Origin: Anthoceros angustus
Taxonomy: Eukaryota; Plantae; Anthocerotophyta
Direction: 5' to 3'
Assembly: GCA_010909165.1 (NCBI GenBank)
Contig: MU008176.1
Location: 62,001 to 126,000, forward strand
Length of the DNA stretch: 64,000 nucleotides
A model generated the notes under the pieces. It saw nothing but the letters and a program-made list of their open reading frames with translations. It was not told the origin of the DNA and did no database searches. The position numbers and the translations under genes are program-made. Each line of letters starts with the position of its first letter. Positions within the stretch are counted from its first letter, which is position 1. Shown one piece after another: positions 25,093 through 36,356 of the stretch.

Positions 25093-28000
25093 TTATTTTG
25101 GAAAATTAACTGTACAATTATACAAATTGAAAACGTAATTTTCACGTCCACTTGGTTTCATTGGAACAACTTGTCCAACATTATCACAGTTGGCCAGAAC
25201 TTGCTGAAGTTGACGGCTTTGAAGAACTTCATCATTTTGCTGAAAGGTGAAAACCTGATTAGATACAAATGTTTTCAGTTTACTGAAATTAAGCAAAGAT
25301 AAGATCACTTATAGTCACCAACGGATTTCCGTGATTGGCAACGGGCATTTCTCGAAGCCCAGGATCATTTTGATTCTGTTGTCTCTCCCGCTGCATTTTT
25401 CGCATCTCTTGATGCTCCCTCTACTGCTGTTTCAGTTTTTCTTGATGTTTCAAGTGTTCTTGTCTTCTTTCCACATTCTTCCACCTTTGAATCTCAAGAG
25501 CTTTCTCTCTCTGCTTGGACACCCGTAGTTCAACTGCTTTATGCCTTTGCCTCTCAATCAATGCCTCCAAATCTTTTCGTCGTTGAAACTCACTTTCCTC
25601 TTTCTGTCTATTATACTCCAACTCCCGTTCTCGGGAGATATCAGCCAGACGCTGCTCAAAAGTGTTTGAATTCTCAGTCTCATTCTGCAGAACCACGCCC
25701 AAAGGTAATTTGGCCACATTTATGTCTTGTTGCACTTCAAACGTTTCATCACAATGACTTGGCATAATAGCCTGCAACTGAGGGCCCACTGCATTATCAA
25801 TGTTAAAATCTGGAACTGTCAGGCTGCTCAAACTGGTGGCTGGGACAACTTCTTTAGTACATAAATTTGATATCTGTAAAAAACACAGAATAACACCAAC
25901 TTCATATGAACTAGTCAAAAAGGAAACTTCAAGGAAACTTGACAATAAAAAACTTTACCTTCCCATCATTTTGAATTTGAAAGAAGGACCCTACTATTGG
26001 TCTGCTGTTATCAATCTGCAATTCCTGAGCACTGATTTCAAGCACTACATCCAAGGCTCCATCATCATTAACCTGTCAAAACAGCATAGGACGTTAACAA
26101 AAGGAGGCTTGTCAGAACACATCACCAAAAGAAGGCCTGTCAGTAGAAAATGTTATTAGACACCAACCTGAACTTCAGGTTGCCAAACGCCACTTGGGAG
26201 AATATCTGGTATACTGCTGACATTGTTCAGAAGTCTATTTTCATGCTGAATAACAGGGGTAGCAACAGACATAACCTGACAATAATAACATGAGTTAAAA
26301 CACATTATCACACAACAGAAATTCTAAACAACCTCCACAGATTTTGGACTTACATTCCCAATATGTTGAACTTGTGAAGGAAATTGACCACAGGCTTGCA
26401 GATCACTCACAATGTCAAAACATTTTCAGGCCAAATAGCCTTTTTTCATCACAAATAACACTTACATCTTCAGGTTGACTCGCGAATACAACTTCTGGAG
26501 TCACATTGAGAACAGTTGATGGAAGCACACCACGCAAATCATCTTGCATACGGTTGAGTTCTTCATTCAGCAACTCTTTGTACGATCTCCGTTCTCCAGG
26601 CACAAGAACCCTTGCTGCTGCCTGCTTTGCTTGCCCTGATCGATCATACCTATGGAATCCACAAGATATCAGAAAATAGTACACAAGCATCAACAACGAA
26701 TAAGCCACCCCAATGTACCTTGAGAAACCAGCATCTGTTTTGTGCCCAGTTACACTTCTGCTTGCGTCAGAGGGCACCTGAGCCATTGTTAGACGTGTAA
26801 TCATTGTTACACGAAAACTCTTATTGGTGTAATAGCCTTTAAGACCAGCAGCTTCTGCCATTGTCTTCATGTACCGTGACAGCATCCCTTTGGAAACACG
26901 CAATTTTGTATACCACGCTTGGTTGAACAATTTGGTGTTAGTGTATGATAGAAAAGAATAACTTAAACCAAAAACACTAAAACTTACATTTGATCTCGGA
27001 TTGTCAATTGGCGAGTTGAACAGAAACCCTTGGATACCCTTGTTTTGGTCACTCTCACACTTTGTGAGGTTCAATAATAGCTCAAGGTTTGGATCACATC
27101 CACCTCATAATTCTTCAGCTTTGGCCGAAAATGCTCTCGTAGTTGCTCGGACATCCTCATACCGCAAACACCACAGACCACCAAAGAGCCAAAAGTTCAT
27201 CAAGATACACAAAGGTAGGGACATACTGGACAAAATTTCCGCCAGAATCTGATCCAAAGGTGAAATTCTTAATCAGAAGGTTGTGCAACTCCTCTCCACC
27301 ACGAACCCCAAACCAATTCATACAAAAGTATGCACACCTGCACCATTAAACAGCTCGAGCTCAAAAGCAGCATATCTTCAACATAATCAAAAGTTTAGAG
27401 CAGACACAAACCTCTTCTAAGCGCCACGTCCAAATGAACACTGATGGTCCCTGTGGGCTAGGATCCTCCGCTCATCACATCAGAGATGACCTTCACCTCC
27501 TTCTGGCAAGAAGCAATTCCAAGGTCCTTGCTGATCTTCATCGAGGCAACCAGGGCAGCCTGTGCCCCATGGAATATACCATGAAACATATTGATAATAG
27601 GGACATCACAACCCAAACGGCTCTGATCGAGCACACACTTTCTCATGAGGATTCGATTGAACCCTCGAAAGAAGGACATCAACCTGAAAATAAAGAAAGG
27701 GTTAGATACTAGTATAGCAAAAAAGGAAAAACACAAAGGGAAACACACTTACGTTTCTGGGGAGAACCTGGAGTTGTCCTTCAAATTGCGCAATTGGTGG
27801 AAGAAGGGTATTATAATCAAGTTAAGATCCCTATGGGGGATATCCTCTACTACTCTATCCCAACCCCTGACACCACTAACTTTCATGAACGCCTTAAGTC
27901 GACTGCGACACCAATTGTATGACGTTTGGACTTATCCTCACCACCACTCAGGGCATTATCAACAGCACCATCACGAACAGAGGGGTCAAACCCCAAATCT

Positions 28001-28170
28001 CTAAAATTAGCTTCATCCTCAATCTCTTCCACGCCCATTGCAAAATCATCTTCCGGGCACATCTCCGCACATCTCAGTCTTTCAAACATATCAAGACACT
28101 CTTGATCAGGCACCACTTCTGGATGGGGGGCAACCACAGGCATTGAAAACTCACCAACCCCAGATGGCAT
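25093..28170 (-). mobile_element. Crypton/DUF3504-type tyrosine recombinase gene, multi-intron and degenerate
   Basis: Manual splicing gives the core-binding region VEDIPHRDLNLIIIPFFHQLRNLKDNSRFSPET|LMSFFRGFNRIL, then CAYFCMNWFGVRGGEELHNL, MAEAAGLKGYYTNKSFRVTMIT and VTGHKTDAGFSR|YDRS. A coiled coil at 25421-25880 and the terminal ENYVFNLYNCTVNF follow. Several stops and frameshifts. Confidence 0.8.
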
Positions 28171-28552
28171 GGCAGCCTTGATTAGCTCGCAGAATAAACC
28201 CGCCTACGTATTACACTTCCACCGAGGCATGTCTTTGCAAAAGATCAAGACCATGGTGTCATTAGTGATCAAATGATCATTTTCACCAACAAAATCTACT
28301 CCTCTCTCAGTAACAGGAACATAGTTAGTGATCTCAGATAAAGGGCCTTCCACCAAAGGAACTGGACTTTTCTATGTCACAATTGCTCCTAATGCCCTTG
28401 CTTCTCCCTCGATCAACTGATCATCAACTTCTAAACCTTCCAGCAGGTTTCTTCTGGGGTTGTTGGTTTCACAAGTAAGTGAAGCACTATCTTTTCTATT
28501 GTGCGGTTGTTTTGCAATGTGTGTAAATTCTCTGACTTTATTTGTTTTTCAG

Positions 28553-28750
28553 ATGGCTCCAAAAAGAAAACCTACTGGACCTGCTGGACCCGGGAAGAAA
28601 CAAGTTCCTATGTCTGAAGTCATGTCAAAGCCCTATACTAGACAACGAGTCAAGTCTGCTATTGCACATACTGCAACTCACCCTCTCAATGATGACGGTA
28701 AAATTGATGGCGTTCTTGTCCATAGTGAGGGAACGACGGTTCCGAAGTGA
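28553..28750 (+). CDS. Short ORF (MAPKRKPTGPAGPGKK...) after a plus-strand GT-AG intron (28475-28552); unknown product, probably part of the same element
   Basis: GTAAGT donor, pyrimidine tract plus AG immediately before the ATG, and a basic NLS-like start. Confidence 0.3.
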   Translation: MAPKRKPTGPAGPGKKQVPMSEVMSKPYTRQRVKSAIAHTATHPLNDDGKIDGVLVHSEGTTVPK

Positions 28751-29869
28751 AGGAGGTCCAAAGTTGCTAGCTTCTAATTATTAGCTCGAAGCAATTGTAG
28801 AGTTTGCTCAAAAGAGAAGAAGATTGGATAAACATATGTTTCCCTCCCCTTTGCTTTTTGATAAAAATGGGACAATATGACATTTTTGAACTCTTCACTC
28901 TGGTAGTGAACACAATCAGATACACACCTCCAAAACAATCAATTTCAAGAAACATTAAAAACTTGTTAAACCCCAGTGAACAAACAAAAAAACACAAAAG
29001 AACATTAAACAGTAGGAACTTCATGCAATCAGACACACATCACAAACTTAATTTAGAGATTTCCCCAAAGGAAATGGGGGCCAACCCTTCAACCGTTGCA
29101 AAGACCTGCAACCAACAAGACAACTTTCAACAGGCCTCCAAGCCGAAAACAGTATGCACAACTCTTAGGCAACCACCAAAAGAAATAGGCCCTTAGGTCA
29201 CTTTAAAAGTGCAACTAGGCGGCCAAAGAAAACTTACAATGAAGGGCAACAGACGTAACACAATAACGCAACTCACAAACACCTCGAACTCAGCATGGAC
29301 AAATCCTGCAATAAAAAATAAACCTTATACCGTCATTAACACGTAAAATACCACCTTTAACCACCAACAGCATGTGAGGAATAAAAAAGAGATCCTATAA
29401 CAGTCCAAGGAAATGACGGAACAACAAATAAACCAGTTTGTATTGTTTCAGTTAAGCCAAGTCAAACCCAAACCTGCAGTAGAAAATGGTTGCTATGACA
29501 TCCAAACTTAGAAGAAAAAGTTCGCCCTCAATTCCCCTGACAAAACTTAGGGGAAGTACAAACGCCCTGAAACGTCCCAATAGTTTGGCCATGTTTTAAA
29601 CTGAACCCCAAAGCTTACAGATAACTCACACAACTGAAAACTTACAAATAACTCACCAACTGAAAACATATAACTCACACAAACTCTATCTCGAGAACAA
29701 TGATAGTATATGACTGGGAAAGATACCCTCCCCAGACATCTGATGTATCTAGGCCGAACGAAACAGCTTAGGGATAAAATCAAAAAGAAATATTAGAACT
29801 CATATATACAGTCAGACATAAAATAACAAATGCCCCTTTTATCCCTAAGAATCGCTGTATAGATCCAAC

Positions 29870-30428
29870 CTCTAGCTCTTTGTGAGTGTGGAACACAAAA
29901 GTTTGGGCAACCAGCCTAAATAAGTCGGTTGTGGAACAGGTCTGATTTTTTTTTGGCTAGGACCGATTGTGAGGAAACATGCCGAAACTTTTTTGATCCT
30001 TTTGGAGCTGGAGTTGCTAGATAACGTGGGCAGGTGAAGAGGATGCTTAGAGAAGAAGAAGCGGGTCAAAATGACCTTTTTGCGAAGCAGGTAGGTAGCC
30101 CGAAGGGGTGGTAATGCCATCACGAGGGTCGCCACCCCACGCCCAGAATCGAGGAGCGTGGCGACTACCAGGGCCGCGGCATTTACCGCGGTAGGCTGAA
30201 GGCATCTCGAATGAAAAAGCGAGTTTAGGATAAGGGGATACTCACTATATATGCCCACCAATAGGGAAATAGATAAATAGGCTAAAATAGGGAGTGTGCG
30301 ATTAGGGATGTATTAATTAGGAAGTGATTAGTTATAGGCCAAAATTGAATAAGGAAAGAGGTAATTTAGAATGGTAGATCCAATCTAGGGTTGAGAGTCC
30401 TCCAGGTGGCAACCTCTGTGGCCGTGAC
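29870..30428 (-). mobile_element. LTR-like segment starting TGTCACGG (minus strand) after a purine-rich tract; inverted homologue of ~47345-47840
   Basis: Shared blocks CTCAACCCTAGATT, TTCCTAATTAAT, TTCCCTATTGGTG, ATCCTCTTCACCT and CCAAACTTTTG occur in opposite orientation. Confidence 0.6.
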
Positions 30429-33042
30429 ACCCTCGATGCTCCAACCTCACGGCGCCGGCCCTCCTCGATGCTTCCCAGTCACACGCAGCGCCCGGCATCT
30501 TCTCACGCTCCAAGTCTCCTGACGCCTTCCTCTTTTCCTCCTTCTCCTCTTCCTTCTCGCTTGCGAGGCTAGGGGTTCCAGCCTCTCTTTTTTGCTGCGA
30601 CAGTCTTTTTTCGCTCTGGCGATGGCAGCCTCCCTTCCTTCTCCTTTCTCCCCTTCACGCTCCAGCTCCAGTCTTCGCGCGAAGTGAAGATGCTTCAATT
30701 GAGGGAGGGCAGCGCCTAACCGGACTTTCCCCTTGGAGGTTGGGTCGTGCCTCCGCCATGTGTTCCGTCGAACCCCTCGTCTTTGGTGTCTCGCCACACC
30801 CGAACACCTGGGATCCCCCATCTTATGCCCCAATTCCTTGCAGACTTGACAAAAGGGCACGTAACCCACTTGCTTTCGGGGTTCCGGGCAATCGTTTGAG
30901 TAGTGACGTGGTGCTCCGCAGTTATAACAGCATCCCTGTGGAATCGCCACCGGCCTTTATGATGAATCCGGTCTCCATGGCCCTGGCGATGTCGGCCGCG
31001 ATCCATACCTCGAGGCGGTGTAGCGGGTTGGTAAGTCGCCTCATTGATTGAGGTGGCCGACTTCCGGTGACGCTTGCACGGTAGCTTCATCCACATACCA
31101 ATAATCATGCAGCGGTTCCACATGGTTTACAGCATGTCGTAGTGCGCGAATACATTCCCTGTTGGTGTGTCCCGTTTGATGACAAATTGAGCAATACACC
31201 AATTGTCTCGCCGGTGAGGGAGATCTCCGTGGAGCTTGGTTCTTCACAGCTTTGACCTCTAGCTTGGTCAATCTCTTGGTCAAAGCCTCCACTTGTCCCG
31301 CAATTCCGCCTCCCGCTGCGGACGTCTCTCCTTTCTCCATCCGACGGACCGTCTTCCCTTTCCTCTCCTTCTCCAGCGCGTTCCGCCTCTTCCTGCCTTC
31401 TCTTGACCTTCTCCAGGTCCTTCTTCATTCGCCGCTCGTAGGCCTTCTCTGATTCCTCGTCCGATGTGGAGCTTTCTTGAGTTCCGCTGTCCTCACTTCC
31501 TGATGAGGATGAAGGTGACGAGCTGGAGGAGGCAGAGGAAGACGAGGAGCTCGATCTCGATCCTTTCCTCTTCTTATGACTTTGCCTCTTCTTCCTCCTT
31601 CTCCCCAACTCGGCAGATTCCCATTCCTCAGCCAATTGGAGGCTCCCTTAGCGTCTTAGTCCACGTGCAGTGTACCTCCATTTTCGAGACGCCACTCACG
31701 AACCAATCGAGCTTGCTCTTGTGAGTACCCAGAGGTGGGTGGATCCCCTCTCGGGTGCACATTTGAACTCGATCCAGAGATAAAAACCTTTCCACGTAAT
31801 CAAACAGGGATTCTCTCTTTTTCCTACGAAGGGTTCTCAGCTTTGCCAAAGTATGGTGTGCGTAACTGAGCCCTCGGAACTGATTCAAGAAGGCTTCTTT
31901 GAGAGCTTCCCAATCCGTTGGCGCCACCGTGTTGTAGGTGCGACCATACCACTGTTGTGCGTGCCCTCTCAGCAGTCCAGGAAAGATGCGCAGTCGATCG
32001 GCGACTCCATCCTCCAAATTAGCGTGGGAGACGTGCTCAAAAGTTCTCACAAACACCTCCGCGTCATCTCCCTTCTTTTTCTCGCCAAATTTGGCTGTTG
32101 TGTGGGTATGTGGCCCTCCTCCTCCGCTCCACTCATGTTGCTCGTCCCGATCGTTGTCGCCTTCTTCCTCGGGGGGACAGATCGGGATCTTTGTGCGAAA
32201 TCTGACCAGCGGAGTAACGACCTCCCTTGTGGTCCGTCCCAAAAGGTTGAGTGCGATCGATCGGGCGTTCAAGTCCTCCGACCGGGCACAAATTCTCCAC
32301 CACGACAACCTCGTCATTGTTAGTTTCACACTGGAAGTTGGGGTGGTCTCACGGCATCGAGAAACCCAACGTCATGGAAATTCCGCTGACGGTTGCAAAG
32401 TGGTCACATTGGGAGTGTGCCTCCTCCTCCGGACACCAATTCCTCCTCCACGACCTCGTCGTCGCTGTTAGTTTCGCTGGAAGTTGGGGTGGTCTCACCG
32501 CATCGAGAAACCCAACGTCATGGAAATTCCGCGACGGTTGCAAAGGGTGGGTCGCGCTCGGGGGAGTGTGCCTCCTCCTTGCTGCTGGACACCAATTCCT
32601 CCTCCACGACCTCTTTCCTTTCGCTGTCGGTGATCTCCGCCCCTTCTTCTTCCAATTCCTTCGTCTGTCGACCACCGTCTTCTTCCTTGGTCAGCTTCCT
32701 CCGCAAGCGCGAACTTGTCTTCCTCCTGCCGTGAGGTAGCGGCTTCTTCCTCAATCGATTCTCCAAAGCTCGTTCTTGCGATGGCGGTGGGGGCGACCTT
32801 CCGCGCCTCTCCTCAAGATCGCTCCTCACCGACATCCGCAAGCATCCTCATGTCCTCCAACCCCGTTGTTAAGGAAGCAAATCACACCCTTTAGTGTCTC
32901 AACGGTCACCCCTATGACAACTTAGGCGCGGTTCCTTCTTCACAACATATGGTCGACCTCGGTCCTTTGAAAACATTACGCAGCCTAGCTACGGAAACCA
33001 CAAAACTTCAAACTTCAACAACAAATCCCGGCAGCGCCAAAA
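30429..33042 (-). mobile_element. Ty3/Gypsy-lineage gag-only (non-autonomous) internal region
   Basis: Retrotransposon gag core (AEVFVRTFEHVSHAN...LRGHAQQWY...DWEALKEAFLNQF, 31628-32329) and zinc knuckles CSICHQTGHTNREC, CYNCGAPRHYSNDC and CQVCKELGH. PBS-like TGGCGCTGCCGGGA at 33039-33026. No pol motifs. Confidence 0.82.
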
Positions 33043-36000
33043 TGGTAGGAAAACCGGGGCTTAGATTCCCACTCTAGCGGCCACACTTATCCCACTTACG
33101 TTGGGTTTCGTCCCATGAGACTTGTGTGAAAACTCTGTTCAGGAGAACAATCACACTGCAGTTGTCCCATTCCGACCTTCTAAACAAGGCGCCTCTACTC
33201 ACTCCTTTACCGGCACCACTTGCACTGCTCCCGAAAACTACCAACCCCGACCCACAACGACACAACACAACAGGCCCCGCCTTAGCGGCAAGAGTTCATC
33301 ACGGCGCCTGTGGACCCCGATCCACACCGCAATCATTCCTACTCCTAAGACTAATTCTCCACCTGTGAGCGCTCTTTACTCTGGGTGATTTGGGATTCGT
33401 CCCTTAGGCTCCCACTGCTGGCCTTCCACCAACGCTACACTCTAATCCTCTACTCATCTCCTCATCCTCTTCCTCCTATTCTAACCTCGCTTATGGGCAC
33501 ACCGCCCCTACGGTACAACGCACTGGGTCGGCCTCCACCAAGTTCTTCCTTGGGCGGTTGCTATGAGTTTGACACTGTGGTAGGAAAACCTGGGCAATTC
33601 CCGAGGTCCTCCCACTATAGCGGCCACACTTATCCCATCGCCGCTCAGACGCTGGGTTTCCCCATGAGACTTGTGTGAAAGTTCGAGGCCTTGTGGTCAC
33701 CGATCGCCACCGCAGACACAACTTCTCCCTTCTAAACAAGGCGCCTCCACTCTCTCCTCTTACAGCACTGCACCACTTGCGCCGCTCGAAAATCACCAAT
33801 CCTCGACCTGGCACACAATTGCAGGCCCCGCCTTAGCGGCAAGAGTTCATCACGGCGCCTGTGAGACACCTCGATCCACACCGCACTTTCCCTACCCCTA
33901 AGACTAATTTTCTCCACCTGTGAGCCTCTTTACTTGCAGATTTGGGATCTGGCCCCTTAGGCTCCGCCTGCGGCCTTCCACCAACCCTACACTCTAATCC
34001 TCTACTCATCTCCTCATCCTCTTCCTCCTATTCTAACCTCAGCCACATGGGTCACTCCGCCCCCCTTACGGCACAACGCCTGGCCTGGCTCACCGAAAGT
34101 TCTTCCTTGGGCGGTTGCTATGAGTTTGACACTGTAGGGAAAACCGCCTCCGTGTCCTCCCACTATAGCGGCCACACTTATCCCACTGCCGCTTCAGACG
34201 CTGGGTTTCGGCCCCATGAGACTTGTGTGAAAGTTCGAGGCCTTGTGGTCACCGATCGCCACCGCAGACACAACTCAGCCTTCTAAACAAGCAAGGCGCC
34301 TCTACTCCTCTCTTACAAAGAGCTGCACCACTTGCAATGCCAAAATCACCAATCCTCGACCTACAACGACACAACAATTGGTGCCCCGCCTTAGCAATGA
34401 GGAGCCTATCACGGCGCCTGTGAGACACCTCGATCCACACCGCGATTTCGTCCCTACTTAAGACCACTCTTCTCCACTCGGGGCGCTCTTTTACTTGCAG
34501 ATTTGGGATTCGTCCCTTAGGCTCTGCTGTGGCCTTCCACTAACACCCCATCCTCTACTCATCTCCTCATCCTCTTCCTCCTATTCTAACCTCAGTTACG
34601 GGCTTCGACACGCCCTTACGGCTGTGCACAGGTCGGCCTCCACCGGCAAGTTCTTCCTTGGGCGGTTGCTATGAGTTTGACACTGGTAGGGAAAACCTGG
34701 GCACTCCTTTGAGGTCCTCCCACTATAGCGGCCACACTTATCCCATCGCCGCTCAGACGCTGGGTTTCCCCATGAGACTTGTGTGAAAGTTCGAGGCCTT
34801 GTGGTCACCGATCGCCACCGCAGACACAACTTCTCCTTCTAAACAAGGCGCCTCCACTCTCTCCTCTTACAGCACTGCACCACTTGCGCCGCTCGAAAAT
34901 CACCAATCCTCGACCTGGCACACAATTGCAGGCCCCGCCTTAGCGGCAAGAGTTCATCACGGCGCCTGTGAGACACCTCGATCCACACCGCACTTTCCCT
35001 ACCCCTAAGACTAATTTTCTCCACCTGTGAGCCTCTTTACTTGCAGATTTGGGATCTGGCCCCTTAGGCTCGCCTGTGGCCTTCCACCAACCCTACACTC
35101 TAATCCTCTACTCATCTCCTCATCCTCTTCCTCCTATTCTAACCTCAGCCACATGGGTCACTCCGCCCCCCTTACGGCACAACCGCCTGGCCTCCACCAA
35201 AGTTCTTCCTTGGGCGGTTGCTATGAGTTTGACACTGTAGGGAAAACCGCCTCCGTGTCCTCCCACTATAGCGGCCACACTTATCCCACTGCCGCTTCAG
35301 ACGCTGGGTTTCGGCCCCATGAGACTTGTGTGAAAGTTCGAGGCCTTGTGGTCACCGATCGCCACCGCAGACACAACTCAGCCTTCTAAACAAGCAAGGC
35401 GCCTCTACTCCTCTCTTACAAAGAGCTGCACCACTTGCAATGCCAAAATCACCAATCCTCGACCTACAACGACACAACAATTGGTGCCCCGCCTTAGCAA
35501 TGAGGAGCCTATCACGGCGCCTGTGAGACACCTCGATCCACACCGCGATTTCGTCCCTACTTAAGACCACTCTTCTCCACTCGGGGCGCTCTTTTACTTG
35601 CAGATTTGGGATTCGTCCCTTAGGCTCTGCTGTGGCCTTCCACCTACACCTCTAATCCTCTACTCATCTCCTCATCCTCTTCCTCCTATTCTAACCTCAG
35701 TTACGGGCTTCGACACGCCCTTACGGCTGTGCACAGGTCGGCCTCCACCGGCAAGTTCTTCCTTGGGCGGTTGCTATGAGTTTGACACTGGTAGGGAAAA
35801 CCTGGGCACTCCTTTGGGGTCCTCCCACTATAGCGGCCACACTTATCCCACCGCCGCTCAGACGCTGGGTTTCGTCCCATGAGACTTGTGTGAAGTTCGA
35901 GGCCTTGTGGTCACCGATCGCCACCGCAGAGACACAACTCTCGACCTTCTAAACAAGCAAGGCGCCCTCCCTCTCCTCTTCTACAGTACCCACTGCTTGA

Positions 36001-36356
36001 AATCACCAATCCTCGACCTACAACGACACAACACAATTGCAGGTCACCTTAGCGGCGAGCCTATCACGGCGCCTGTGGACCCCGATCCACACCGCGATTT
36101 CGTCCCTACTTCTAAGACCACTCTTCTCCACTCAGGGAGCGCTCTTTTACTTGCAGATTTGGGATTCGTCCCTTAGGCTCAGCCTGTGGCCTTCCACTAA
36201 CACCTACACCTCTAATCCTCTACTCATCTTCTCATCTCCTCATCCTCTTCCTCCTATTCTAACCTCGATTCGGGCTTCTTGGTTTCGACTCGCCCTTACG
36301 GCTGGCACTCGGCCTCCACCAAAGTTCTTCCTTGGGCGGTTGCTATGAGTTTGACA
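33043..36356 (-). repeat. Six head-to-tail ~530-570 bp LTR-like units (TGTCAAACTC...CCTAC(C)A)
   Basis: Unit ends (GAGTTTGACA) at 33574, 34131, 34682, 35234, 35787 and 36356. Units 2/4 and 3/5 are near-identical (1.1 kb dimer). The first unit abuts the PBS. Confidence 0.88.
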
